Positions 25,930 to 38,341 of a stretch of DNA of 64,000 nt are shown one piece after another. The first letter of the stretch is position 1. Each line of letters begins with the position of its first letter. The DNA comes from the human T2T-CHM13v2.0 reference genome, Homo sapiens: assembly GCF_009914755.1 (NCBI RefSeq), contig NC_060948.1; one strand, written 5' to 3'. The notes under the pieces are model-generated. The model made no database searches and had not been told where the DNA came from. It saw only the letters and a program-made list of their open reading frames with translations. Made by a program: the position numbers and the translations under genes.

Positions 25930-27670
25930 CCCTCTTCTTCCTTCCCCTCCCCTCCCTTCCCCTCCTCTCCCTTCCCTTCCCCTCCCCTCCCCTCCCCTCC
26001 CTTCCCCTCCCCTCCTCTCCCCTCCCTTCCCCTCCCTTCCCCTCCCCTCTCCTCCCCTCCCTTCCCTTCCCCTCTCCTCCCCTCCCTTCCCCTCCCCTCT
26101 CCTCCCCCCTTCCCCTCCCCTCCCCTCCCCCCTTCCCCTCCCCTCCCCCCTTCCCCTCCCCTCTCCTCCCCACTTCCCCTCCCCTCTCCTCCCCCCTTCC
26201 CCTCCCCTCTCCTCCCCCCTTCCCCTGCCCTCTCCTCCCCCTCTTCCCCTGCCCTCTCCTCCCCCCCTTCCCCTCCCCTCTCCTCCCTTCCTTTCCCCTC
26301 CTCTTCCATTCCCTTCTTTCCTCCCATCCCCTCCTCCCTTCCCCTCCCTTCCCTTCCCTTCCCCTCCCTTCCCCTCCCTTCCCCTGCCCTCCCCTCCCCT
26401 CCCCTTCCTTCTCCTCCCCTCCCCTCCCTTCCCCTCCCCCCTCCCCTTTCCTCTGCTCCCTTCCCCTCCCCTCTCCTCCCCCCTTCCCCGCCCCTTCCCT
26501 TCCCTTCTTTCCTCCCATCCCCTCCTCCCCTCCCTTCCCCTCCCCTCCCTTCCCCTCCCCTCCTTTCCCCTCTCCTCCCCTCCCCTCCTTTCCCTCCCCC
26601 TCCCCTCCTCTCCCTTCCCCTCCCCTCCTCTCCCTTCCCCTCCCCTCCTCTCCCTTCCCCTCCCTTCCCCTCCCCTCCCCTCCTTTCCCTTCCCCTCCCC
26701 TCCTCTCCCTTCCCCTCCCCCCCTCCCCTCCCTTCCCTTCCCCTCCCCTCCCCTCCCTTCCCCTCCCCCCTCCCCTCCCTTCCCCTCCCCCCTCCCCTTT
26801 CCTCCACTCCCTTCCCCTCCCCTCTCCTCCCCCCTTCCCCTCCCTTCCCCTCCCCCCTCCCCTCCCTTCCCCTCCCCCCTCCCCTTTCCTCCACTCCCTT
26901 CCCCTCCCCTCTCCTCCCCCCTTCCCCTCCCCTTCCCTTCCCTTCTTTCCTCCCATCCCCTCCTCCCCTCCCCTCCCTTCCCCTCCCCTCCCTTCCCCTC
27001 CCCTCCCCTCCTTTCCCCTCTCCTCCCCTCCCCTCCTTTCCCTTCCCCTCCCCTCCTCTCCCTTCCCCTCCCCTCCTCTCCCTTCCCCTCCCTTCCCCTC
27101 CCCTCCCCTCCCCTCCTTTCCCTTCCCCTCCCCTCCTCTCCCTTCCCCTCCCCTCCTCTCCCTTCCCCTCCCCCTCCCCTCCCTTCCCTTCCCCTCCCCT
27201 CTCCTCCCCCTTCGCCTCCCCTCCCCTCCCTTCCCTTCCCCTCCCCTCCCTTCCCCTCCCCCTCCCCTTTCCTCCACTCCCTTCCCCTCCCCTCTCCTCC
27301 CCCCCTTCCCCTCCCCTTCCCTTCCCTTCTTTCCTCCTATCCCCTCCTCCCCTCCCCTCCCTTCCCCTCCCCCCTCCCCTTTCCTCCGCTCCCTTCCCCT
27401 CCCCTCTCCTCCCCCCTTCCCCTCCCCTTCCCTTCCCTTCTTTCCTCCCATCCCCTCCTCCCCTCCCCTCCCTTCCCCTCCCCTCCCTTCCCCTCCCCTC
27501 CCCTCCTTTCCCTTCCCCTCCCCTCCTCTCCCTTCCCCTCCCCTCCTCTCCCTTCCCCTCCCTTCCCCTCCATTCCCCTCCCTTCCCCTCCATTCCCCTC
27601 CCTTCCCCTCCCCTCCTCTCCCTTCCCCTCCCTTCCCCTCCATTCCCCTCCCTTCCCCTCCCCTCCCCTT
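25930..27670 (+). repeat. 1.74-kb nearly pure polypyrimidine (CCCTC/CCCTT)n tract, expanded tail of a minus-strand Alu (27671-27958)
   Basis: Almost no purines on the + strand; abuts the Alu 3' end (ttttgagatggagtc). Confidence 0.97.
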
Positions 27671-27677
27671 CTTTTGA

Positions 27678-27782
<105 letters not shown>

Positions 27783-27964
27783 TGAATAGCTGGGATTACA
27801 GGTGCGCACCACCACGCCCAGCTAATTTTTGTATTTTTAGTAAAGACAGGATTTCACCATGTTGGCCACAATTGTCTCAAACTCCTGACCTCAGGTGATC
27901 CACCCGCCTCGGCTTCCCAAAGTGCTGGGATTACAGGCATGAGCCACTGTACCCGGCCTAAATC

Positions 27965-28245
27965 ACAGACTTTTATGTCTCACGGTTCTGGAGGCTGAGA
28001 GTCCAAGATCAATGAGTGGGAGGTTCAGTGTCTAGTGAGGACCCGCTTGCTGGTTCACAGGTGGTTCCTTCCGGCTGTGTCCTCACATGGTGGAAGGGGT
28101 GAGAGAGCTCTCTGGGGCCTGTCTTCTAAGAGCACAAATCCCACTCATGACCTAACCACCTCCTAAAAGCACCACCTCTAATACTCTTGCAGTGGGAACT
28201 GAGTTTGAACTTGAGTTTTGGAAGGACAGAAACATGGAAGGCATA
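27965..28245 (-). mobile_element. MaLR LTR fragment (MLT1A/MST-like)
   Basis: tctcacggttctggaggctgagagtccaagatc and tcatgacctaaccacctcctaaaagcaccacctctaatac. Confidence 0.72.
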
Positions 28246-29144
28246 GCAACCCTCTTACACAGCCCGGCCCCTCTGAAGCCTGCCTGGGTTCACAGAATGT
28301 TCCGTCTTCCTCAGGCCCCTGGTGTGTTGGCTTTCTCCTTTGTTGATAGCTGATGTTGAGCAATGCAAGATTTCTGTTCTGATTATCTGACCCTGGATAT
28401 CCAGTTTGGGGACTTGTGACATATTTGGGACGTCAGAAGCACGTACCTCTCACATAGAGCATGGCATACTTAATAAACAATAAATTATAATAAAAAATGA
28501 ATAATGCATTATAAATTATCATTACTTATTTATTTATTTATTGGAGACAGAGTCTCGCTCTGTTGCCCAGGATGGAGTGCAGTGGCGCCATCTTCGCTCA
28601 CTGCAACCTCTGCCTCCTGGGTTCAAGTGATTCTCGGGCCTGCCTCAGCCTCCTGAGTAGCTGGGACTATAGGCAACCACCTCCACACCCGGCTAGTTTT
28701 TTGTCTTTTTAGTAGAGACGGGGTTTCACCATGCTGGCCAGGCTGGTCTTTTTTTTGTTTTGTTTTGACATGGAGTCTCGCTCTGTCAACCAGGCTGGAG
28801 TGCAGTGGCACGGTCTCACTGCAAGCCCCACCTCCCAGGTTCACGCCATTCTCCTGCCACAGCCTCCCGAGTAGCTGGTAGCTGGGACTACAGGTGCCCA
28901 CCACCACGCCCGGCTGATTATTTTTTGTATTTTAGTAAAGACGGGGTTTCATCGTGTTAGCCAGGATGGTCTCGATCTCCTGACCTCATCATCCGCACAT
29001 CTCGGCCTCCCAAAGTGCTGGGATTACAGGCATGAGCCACCGGGCCCGGCCCCAGGCTGGTCTTGAACTCCTGACCTTGTGATCTGCCCGCCTTGGCCCT
29101 CCAAAGTGCTGGCATTACAGACGTGAGCCACCGCACCTGGCCTC

Positions 29145-29730
29145 ATTTATTATTTTGTAATCACATTATAAATTGTCATTTATTATTTCATAATTACATT
29201 ATAAATGATCATTTCAGAATTACATTATATATTTTCATTTATTTCATAATTACACTATAGATTATCATTTATTATTCCACAATTACATTATAAATTATGA
29301 TTATATTATACAATAGCATTTGCTTCATAATTACATTAGATTATCATTTATTTTTAAATTACATTATATTTATTTCATAATTACATTATAAATTATCTTA
29401 TAATTAGAAATGATCATTTATTTCATAATTGCAATATAAATTATTATTAATTTCATAATACCATTGTAAGTTATCATTTATTATTTCATAATTACATTAT
29501 GTAATGGTATGCGTTAATAATTATTAATATACAATTAATAATTATTAACCATTCAATTAATAGTTAATTAACTAGCAATTTATATGTAATTCTATAATTA
29601 CGTCATAGAATATGATATCTAATTTATACATAAATTATATTATTCAAGTATATTACCCATAATTTGCAAGTATAGTATAGAATCCCGTTATAGGATCCTA
29701 TTACATTTTAGAATTTTGTTATATATATTT
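29145..29730. repeat. Very AT-rich degenerate repeat just upstream of the CpG island
   Basis: Recurring ttcataattacattataaattatcattta. Confidence 0.85.
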
Positions 29731-29839
29731 GACTCTACAATTGGAATTTAGACCCCACACCGGCCCCCCTCCTGTTTGGCTTAAGGGCTATGACCACAGA
29801 CCCTGGCCCAAGTACCTCCCCTGGTTACCCGCAGGCAGG

Positions 29840-31230
29840 TGGCACCATGGGGGCGGGGCGGACTCGCGCACGCGCAGTGCAAAAGGTCGGGCTCCCGGAA
29901 GTCCCTCCTCCCGGGGGCGGAGCCAGGGCAAGAAGGAGAAACCCGGTGCTGCCGCGCGGCCTCTTCCGCGAGCCCGCGCGCCGGAAGTGGAAATGCGTCA
30001 TAGAGGGCGGGCGGCGACGGCGGTGGCGGCGTCGGAGGCGCCTCCGGGGGACGGTGGCGGCTCCCGGCGGTGAGGCCGCGCCTGTCCGGGGATCGTCGAG
30101 GGACGGCGGGAGCTTGGGCCAGCGGCGGCGGCGGCCTGGGACGCAGGCGGAGCCCCGCGCAGGTGAGTGCCGCCCCCGTGCCTCCCGGGCCTGGCTGCAG
30201 CCGGCGAACGCTTCGCTCCTAGGGCCGCGCCCGGGGGGCCGGGGCTTGGGAGGCGGCGCCTAGGGGTCTCGGAGGTGACGGGGCTGGGGTTGGGGGGCGT
30301 GGGGTGCCACCGGGGGGCTGGGAGCGCCTGAGGCTGTACGGGCGAATCGGGGGCTGGGGAGGTCTGCGGTCGGGGTCCGGGGGTCCCTGGAAGTAGGGGT
30401 AGGGGCTGGAGCGGTTCCTGGGACTGCACCGAAGGAGCTGAGGCCTGGAGCGGTGTCGGAGGGCTGGGAGCTCGGGGGATCGGATGGGCGGGAGACTAGG
30501 AGGCCTGGGACTAGGGGACGTGGCGCTGCGGTCGCTCCTAGGTCTACAGTGGGAAGCAAGGGGCTGTCCGGGGTTTTCGGAGGCTGGGGCGGTGCTGTGT
30601 AGGTTGGGGTATTGGGGCTCATCCAGGAGGGTGGTGGGGAGCGGGGAACTGAGGAGCTGAGGGTACCGAGTGGCCAAGGGCCTGAGAATGTGTGGGGCCC
30701 TGCCAGGGGTGCCAGCGGCAGCCTGAGGCCATGCTGGGGGGCTGCGGTAGGTGGGAATACCAGGGGCAATGCCGCGTACTGGGGATTGGGCAGCCAGGTG
30801 TACCGGGGTGGTCGGAGGGCGCTGGAGGCCAGAGTGGGGAGGGTTCCTCGGTGGTGAAGTTGCTGGGGCCGCTTGGGTTCTGGGGGAGGGTTCACTGGTC
30901 TCTGTCCAGACTGGAGCCCCTCCCTGGTGCCCCACTGACCTTTTCTGGTCGCTTCTCCACCCTCCCTCCCTTCTTTCGCACCTCCCACCTCGGGCTTGGG
31001 CGAGGAGGCCGTCTCCTGGGCCTGGCAGGAAGCCTCCAGGTTGATGGGGTGGGCGGCCGGGCCGGAGGCGGTCACCTGAGATGGTTGGGTTTCTGCGAGT
31101 GAAGCTTCCTCTACTTGGACTTGGCCGTCAGGAAGTGGCTGCCCGTCAGCTCAGCAGGGAAGAGGTGCGTTAATGAAGGTGGGCGGAGAAAGAAGGCGCA
31201 GACGGGGGACTCCGGCCCCTAACTTGTGGA
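29840..31230 (+). promoter_or_regulatory. AKAP17A: CpG island / TATA-less housekeeping promoter of AKAP17A
   Basis: Abrupt switch from AT-rich to CpG-rich sequence near 29750. GC boxes (ggggcggggc ~29850, gggggcggag ~29913), NRF1-like GCGCACGCGCA 29866-29876, ETS/GABPA CCGGAAGT at 29895-29902 and 29981-29988, CRE half-site TGCGTCA ~29994. Confidence 0.88.
29990..30162 (+). other. AKAP17A: AKAP17A non-coding exon 1 (start approximate)
   Basis: Consensus donor CAG|GTGAGT at 30162/30163 directly downstream of the promoter motifs. TSS is inferred, not observed. Confidence 0.78.
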
Positions 31231-31855
31231 AAGTTCGTTGTACTTTTTGGCTTTGAGTGGGTTAAAGCTGGGATACGTTTGGCCTTCGTGGAGATTACTA
31301 GGGTTCATGGTTCTGGATTGTTGTTGCAGCCCGAGACTTCCTGTTTTATCAGGGCAAGTACAGGGCCGCCGCCCCCTCCACAAAACCTTTCCAGATGCCT
31401 GCAGCTGTGCTCTCCCTGGCCCCTTCCCTTCCCCAGTGTCTCTCTGCCCCTTCCCGTGGAGCTAGGCGTTTGTAGCGTCCCCGTTCCTACTTGACCTGTG
31501 TGAGGGGCCTGGTCGTGCTCAGCTTCCTATTCTGCAGGCCTTGGGAGCTGCTGGCTGCTGGATGTAGGGTGTCGGGCAGTGCTGACCGAGGCTTTGACAC
31601 TAACCTGTTCTTTATCAGCTCGGCTCTTTCCCCTTTGGTGTACTCTTAATGATTTCAAAAAGTAAAGAACTCCGTTGAGATGGCTGTTAACAAAGTGGAA
31701 ACCGGTCTCTGACACGGCAGAGAGACACTGCTGTTTCTCTTCTCCGGGTCCAGAAAGTGCCTGCTGGCTTGGCCCCTCCTCATTGGCGGGGGAGGTGGGG
31801 GGTGCTGGTGCTGACTGTCTGCGTCTTATGTTTCAGGCCCAGGGTCCCGGAGGCT

Positions 31856-32617
31856 ATGGCAGCGGCTACCATCGTGCACGACACGTCTGAGGCCGTGGAG
31901 CTCTGCCCTGCTTACGGCTTGTACCTGAAGCCCATCACCAAGATGACCATCAGCGTGGCACTCCCGCAGCTGAAGCAGCCGGGGAAGTCCATCTCCAACT
32001 GGGAGGTGATGGAGAGGCTGAAGGGCATGGTGCAGAACCACCAGTTCTCCACGCTGCGTATTTCCAAGAGCACCATGGACTTCATCCGCTTCGAGGGGGA
32101 GGTGGAGAACAAGAGCCTGGTCAAGTCTTTTCTGGCCTGCCTGGACGGCAAGACCATCAAGCTCAGCGGCTTCTCCGACATCCTGAAGGTGCGCGCGGCC
32201 GAGTTCAAGATCGACTTCCCCACCCGCCACGACTGGGACTCCTTCTTCCGCGACGCCAAGGACATGAACGAGACCCTGCCGGGGGAGCGGCCGGACACCA
32301 TCCACCTGGAGGGGCTGCCCTGCAAGTGGTTCGCCCTGAAGGAGTCGGGCTCCGAGAAGCCCAGCGAGGACGTCCTGGTCAAGGTGTTTGAGAAGTTCGG
32401 GGAGATCCGGAATGTGGACATCCCCATGCTGGACCCCTACCGGGAGGAGATGACGGGCCGCAACTTCCACACCTTCAGTTTCGGGGGGCACTTGAACTTC
32501 GAGGCCTATGTGCAGTACCGCGAGTACATGGGCTTCATCCAGGCCATGAGCGCCCTGCGCGGGATGAAACTCATGTACAAGGGCGAGGACGGCAAGGCCG
32601 TGGCCTGCAACATCAAG
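31856..32617 (+). CDS. AKAP17A: AKAP17A coding exon 2 (aa 1-254; N-terminal region with RRM-like domain). Exon begins at 31837.
   Basis: Acceptor tttcag|g at 31836/31837, ATG at 31856 (gctATGg), translation MAAATIVHDTSEAVELCPAYGLYLKP...VACNIK recognised as AKAP17A/XE7, donor AAG|GTGAGT at 32617. 762 nt, phase 0. Confidence 0.97.
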
Positions 32618-33769
32618 GTGAGTCCTGGGCACCGAGAGAGCCACGCGCTTCCTCCCTCTGGCGACTTCCTTCCAGCAGGGTCAGCAGAACGCTCCCAGCC
32701 ACACCCCTGAGGCTGTGGGGACCTCCCCTAAGTAAAATGGCAGCAACAGTCCTGTGCCTGTCCAATTTCAGAGGCACAGGCGTGAGGTGGAGTAGGGGTC
32801 CCGTGCTGTGGTTTTGGAAATTTGGTATCTTAAGGAAGATGTGGGGGAGACACAGGTCATATAGTAGGTGAGGGATGGAGCCTCAGGAACTCTGACAGGG
32901 ATTTGAACCGTGTCAGAACCAAGAGAACCCGGCCTTCCCAGAATGCACCTTGAAACCAGGGCTGAACGTTCCCTTTAGCCTCATGTGCTTTTTTATTTTT
33001 TTTATTTTTTTTATTTTTATTTTTTTTTCGAGGCAGAGTCTCGATCTGTTTCCTGGACTGGAGTGCAGTGGCGCAATCTTTGCTCAGTGCATCCTCCGCC
33101 TCCTGGGTTCGAGCGATTCTTCTGCCTCAGCCTCCCGAGTAGCTGGGACTACAGGCGCGTGCCATCACACCTGGCTAATTTTTGTATTTTTAGTAGAAAC
33201 AGGGTTTTGCCGTATTGGCCAGGCTGGTCTCGAACTCCTGACCTCATGAACTGCCTGCCTCGCCCTCCCAAAGTGCTGGGATTACAGGCGTGAGCCACTG
33301 CGCTCAGCCTAGCCTCGTGTTTTGACCGTGTTGGCTTCACAGTGACAAATGAGCCAGCCTCCTGGAGGGGGTTTTGTGGCCTTAAGATGTGCCCTGTGGG
33401 TGTGGGCAGGCGGCCTGCTCAGTGACTGTGGCCACAGGGAATGGTGGAGCCGGGTAGCGGAAGGGGAGCTGTGTCTCGCAGCGGTGGCGTGTCACTTGTG
33501 TTCAGTAAGTGGCGAGGGCTAGTTGGTGTTCCTCGCTGAGTCGTAACTCCGTGGGATGAGCTAAGTCTTGAGCCACTGATGGTGACTTGAAGGGATTGGT
33601 TTGGCTTCTGGGCTCCACTGTCTGGGTCTGCACTGGACGTGAGTGGTGAGCGGTGAGCGGGCGCTCAGGCTCTGAGGCCACTCGGTCCTACGGCCCAGGA
33701 GAGGGCGCCTGGCCGTGTGTCTGGGGGGTTTTGGGGGAAGGCCATCTGACACTGTTTTTGCTTTTAAAG

Positions 33770-33918
33770 GTTTCTTTTGATTCGACCAAACACCTGAGTG
33801 ATGCCTCAATTAAGAAGCGGCAGCTGGAGAGGCAGAAGCTTCAGGAACTGGAGCAGCAAAGAGAAGAACAAAAGCGCAGAGAGAAGGAAGCGGAGGAGAG
33901 GCAGCGAGCGGAGGAAAG
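33770..33918 (+). CDS. AKAP17A: AKAP17A coding exon 3 (start of charged coiled coil)
   Basis: Acceptor ttttaaag|G at 33769/33770, VSFDSTKHLSDASIKKRQLERQKL...AEE, donor AG|GTACCT at 33918. 149 nt, ends phase 2. Confidence 0.96.
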
Positions 33919-33967
33919 GTACCTTCTGCGGGAGCGGGCCCTCGGCGCTGGTGTCCGGCACCTGGGA

Positions 33968-34330
33968 GTGTGCGCAGACCCGTGTGCGTGTGTCTGCATG
34001 TATTCCTGTGCGTGTGTGTGTGCATGCATGCTTGTGAGCTTGTGTGTGTACCTGTGTGCATGGACGCACGTGTGCCTGTGAACCGGTGTGTGTACTTTGT
34101 ATGTCCCTATGTGCGCCCGAGTGTGTGCCTGAGCATCTGTGTGCACGTGTGCCTGTGTGTGCGTGCATGTGTGTGAGCTCGTGTGTGTACCTGTGTGTGT
34201 ATGTGCACGTGTGCCCACATGTGTGTGCTTCTGTATCGGCACATAGCACACATGTGCCTGTGTGCATGCGTGTGTGCCTGTGAACCCGTGTGTGTACTTG
34301 TGTGTGCACGTATGGGTGTGTGTGCAGGCC
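33968..34330 (+). repeat. Degenerate (GT/GC/AT)n alternating purine-pyrimidine tract in AKAP17A intron 3
   Basis: gtgtgtgcatgcgtgtgtgcctgtg... over ~360 bp. Confidence 0.9.
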
Positions 34331-34607
34331 TGTGGGTGCTCAGCTGTGCACATGAGGACCTGCGTGAGTGGCTGTTTGAGACGCAGCAGAATATGAATGT
34401 TTCTCTTTTTCTTGTCACACGTCGTGGTCTGACACGATCTCTGCCGGCTCCCAGGACCGCACCTTGCCCGAAGAGCCACCTCTTCTCCCTCCACATGCCG
34501 TTCACACCTCCCGCTGAAACAAGCAGAATGCCTTGGCTGTTTGCAAGTTTGCATTTAGGTTGAGGCTACATTTACAAAATGAAGTAGAGGGTTGATGGTG
34601 ATGGCCA

Positions 34608-34638
<31 letters not shown>

Positions 34639-34802
34639 CCAATGATAGGACAAAAACCCGGTTTCACATAAGAGGCCTTTAAAGCAATTGCCTGGGTCGT
34701 TCACTGTGGTTGGGGTACCAGAGACAACCTCAGGTCACTCTTTGTAGCCCCTTTTATCTTCTTAGCATTGCAGGAGGGAACCAACAACTTTCTGTGAATC
34801 CC

Positions 34803-35075
34803 CTGAGGCGGAATCCTCCTCCTCCTCCTCCTCCTCCATCCCTCCCACCCTCCTAGTGAGGCGGAATCCTCCTCTTCCTTCTCCATCACTCCCACCCTCC
34901 TAGTGAGGTGGATTCCTCCTCCTCCTCCTCCATCCCTCCCACCCTCCTAGTGAGGTGGATTCCTCCTCCTCCTCCTCCATCCCTCCCACCCTCCTAGTGA
35001 GGTGGATTCCTCCTCCTCCTTCTCCATCCCTCCCACCCTCCTAGTGAGGCGGAATCCTCCTCCTCCTCCTCCTCT
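34803..35075 (+). repeat. ~47-bp minisatellite, 6 copies, with an internal (CCT)n
   Basis: tagtgagg(c/t)gga(a/t)tcctcctcctcctcctccatccctcccaccctcc. Confidence 0.93.
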
Positions 35076-37325
35076 TCGTCCTCCGTCCCTCCCGCTGTGT
35101 CCTCTGACGACTTTGGTGCGTCCTGCACGTCTGTTGCGCTTCATGTCGCCGATATCAAGTCTGGGACGTGTTGGACTTGGCTGGGGGGCTCCTGGACAGC
35201 CTCTGGTGGGACCGAGTTGGTCCGTTTTGTTTCCATTTCTCACTGCTTTATGTGACGCTGGTGCCAGCGTGTTGATGTGTGTGGCTGGTGATGTTTGCAC
35301 GAGAGTCCCGGCACTGAACTCCTGGGAGCAGGTCCATCCTGCCCGTGGTGTTCTTTACGTAGCCCCCGTTGCCTCCCCAGGGGAGAGTCGGGTTGTCAGC
35401 CTCTGAATCTGAACCCCGAGGGCTCCTTAGGTGAGGCAGGTGCAGTGTGTAAGCGAGTGGCCGTGAATGTGCTGGGGGGGCCCATGTCAGCCGTCAGGAT
35501 TCCCAGGACCTAAGGCAGGCAGCACAGAGAGGCAGACGCCCTGGGAGGGAGGGACATGCTGCTGCGTCGCCATCCTGGGAGGCGGTCCCTGGGAGGGGCG
35601 GTTCGGATGTGGGGTTGAGTCCGGGTCCCCTGTGTCAGCCGCTGTCAGGCCGAGCAGGACAGCTGGGGTGGGAGACAGTCCTGGGGCGTTACAGGGACTC
35701 TTCCAGGCTGCAGACACAGCCCAGGCCTGGCTGAATGTGCCTGTCCACATTCTGGAAGTGTGGAGTGGGACTCAGAGCCTCGGACCTCTCGGTGTCGCAG
35801 GAGTGTCCCCGCAACATTTCAGAAAGCAGCTTGCGGGTGCGGAGAAGAAGCTGCATCCTTGATCTTTCCCTGAGGAGAGATGGACGTTGGAGTAGTGGAG
35901 TGTGTCTCTGCAGGGAAGGGACCCCGTCTGCCTGGCCAGACCACAGAGGGATTGGGGGAAGCGGGGCCGGGCCATGAGGTTCTCGAGAGCAGGATGGGGT
36001 GTCCAGAGCCCCGGGGAGGGGCAGGCCTGTTGTCTGGGGGAGCTGGCCAGGAGGGCTCCACACGCAGGGCCGTACTTGTCCCCGCTGTCCCCCACTGTCC
36101 TTCCTCAGAGGCTGAGCATGAGGGGAGGCCCAGGGCAGCCTCCTGCATTTCTTTCTGGTGGGTGGAGATGAGGCATGTTTGCTTGTTCAGCCCTCACGTG
36201 TAACTTTGAGCTTGATGAGAGCTGTCCTCTGAAAGCTGCCCAGCCTCGAGGCGTCGCTGTGGGTCCCGCCTAAGGGCGTGCTGTGTGCTGGGCTGCCCTG
36301 AGCCGCCCTCCGAGCTCGTGGGGCGGTGACAGCTCACAGGGCGGTTAAACCTTCAGCACATGAAACTGCCTGAGGACCTGCATGCCCCGCCCGGAGACCG
36401 TGTGGATCACTGTCTGGGCGTCGGCACCTGGCCCGGCCCCCTTCTTGGGGTGGCAGAGCGTGGGATGCCTTTTCTCCCGGCCTGCTCCTCCTTGTCCCCG
36501 TGTCTCCTCTCGCCTTGGTGTCTGCGTGGGTCTGTGTCACCCCGGCGGGCTTTGTGGCCTCACTAGGCGGTTGGCGGCGCCCACCCGGGCTTCAGAAGTC
36601 TCCGCCTCCGTGTCGTGTTCCATAGGAACAGCTGCGACTTGTTCCCATGTCCGGTGTTGGTTGAAATGCATTTGAGAGCTGCGGGGCGGGGGAGGCTGAG
36701 CTAGGGAACTCCCCACTGTCTCTTGTGGACTCTCTCTGGGGACCGCGCCCCTCCCCGGCCGCATTCAGCCTCACTTCCTGGACACCCCTCTCCACAGGAA
36801 AAGTGCAAGGAGCTGAGTGGCGTGGCTGTGGTTGGATTTGTTTAGAGAGAGGTCCCCCCGTGCCAGTGCTGTGTGGTGCCCTCACAGGAGTCCTGCACAA
36901 CAAGGAGTCACCCAGCGCGGTTCCTGGTGGGCAGAACCGGCGTCCTCCGCGCCGCTGTGCATCCCGGGGCCTTGTTGGGCCTGCTGGGGTTCCTCTTTCA
37001 CCCGTCCGTCTGCCCATCCGTCTTTCCCCTGACTGGGGGCGTGGCTTTTGATGTGGTCGGTCCAGTGGTCGTTTTCTTCGTGGTTTCAGGGTTGGGTCAC
37101 ACTTAGCAGGACGGTGTGTTGGAAGGTCACGGAGGTCCTCGCCCGGCTCACTCCTTCCACCTCTCGGGCTGCTTTGAGTCAACCGAGGTCCACCTTGGGA
37201 TAAAGAGTTAAATGCTTAATCGTTGGACCGTGGCCTGTTCCGCCGTGTGTGGAAAGCCGCTTGTATGGTGTGTGGTGTGTTGGCTGCGGCGCTCTCTGTG
37301 ACCACCCCCGGTGTGTTCCACACAG

Positions 37326-37566
37326 GAAACAAAAGGAGCTGGAAGAGCTGGAGCGAGAGAGGAAAAGAGAAGAGAAGCTTCGCAAGAGGGAGCAGAAGCA
37401 GAGGGACCGTGAGCTGCGCCGGAATCAGAAGAAGCTGGAGAAGCTGCAGGCGGAGGAGCAGAAGCAGCTGCAGGAGAAGATCAAGCTGGAGGAGCGCAAG
37501 CTGCTGCTGGCCCAGAGGAACCTGCAGTCCATCCGGCTCATCGCCGAGCTGCTCAGCAGAGCCAAG
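37326..37566 (+). CDS. AKAP17A: AKAP17A coding exon 4 (coiled coil)
   Basis: Acceptor ccacacag|G at 37325/37326 completes the Arg codon; KQKELEELERE...LLSRAK; donor AAG|GTACCC at 37566. 241 nt; cumulative 384 codons. Confidence 0.96.
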
Positions 37567-38271
37567 GTACCCGGGGGCTCCCTCTGCAGCCGCCAGCCGC
37601 GCCCGGGCTGCCCTCAGTGCCCTCCCCTGAAATGCGGGCGGCGTCACGGCGCCGTTTCCCCGCCGGCTGCAGCTGTAGCTACGAAACCAGCTTTAATGCC
37701 GAGGATGACGGCTCCTTCCCGGGAGGGTGTAGCGCTCGTCTGTCGTTCCCGATGATTTCAGAGCTGTGACGGTTTCCTTTTGCAAAGCTGGTGCATTCAG
37801 GTTCCCCGAGCAGGCTGGCAGCCTCCCGGGGGCCAGGGCAGAGGCTCTCTGTTTCCTTTGGGTCGGGGCAGTGGCAGAGAGTGCAGGGGGCCGCTCCCTC
37901 TGGCCCGCGCCTCTGTGTGTGGTCAGCTGGCCTGGCTGTGACCTCACCAGTGGCCCAGAGCAGAGGGGCAAGGTGGGCTGGGGGGAGGGCTGAGCGCACA
38001 GAGGGGGCCTGCCGTGGGCCCGGGTCCCTCCTCCGCAGCGTGAACCTGACAGGTCTCACCAGCGCCGGTACTGACGACCCCCTCAGCACCAAGAGCCTCC
38101 CTGCTCCTCCTGCAGGCGCGACTGGTAACTCCCATGAGCCCGGGGCCAGGGCCCACAGACAGACAGACCTCCCCAGGACAGACGTCCCCGGCACGCTCCT
38201 TGTCCTCAGGAGGGCTGCGTCCCCCTGGAGTCCAACGCGGGGCGACCCCATAACCTGTTGTCTGATTACAG

Positions 38272-38341
38272 TTGTGATAAGTCCCCGGGAAGGAGCATGA
38301 CAAGAGGCTGAGACATGTGGCAGCCCAGTCCTTACCTCATG
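38272..38341 (+). other. AKAP17A: AKAP17A alternative stop-containing (poison) exon giving the 385-aa short isoform
   Basis: Acceptor tctgattacag| then TTG TGA TAA in frame after codon 384, giving 385 aa. Donor ATG|GTGAAT at 38341/38342. Agrees with my recollection of XE7 isoforms of 385 and 695 aa. Confidence 0.82.

Noticed and set aside
31826-32644. 272-aa antisense ORF over AKAP17A exon 2
   Set aside because: Shadow ORF caused by the high GC3 codon usage of the sense exon; no true ATG or promoter support.
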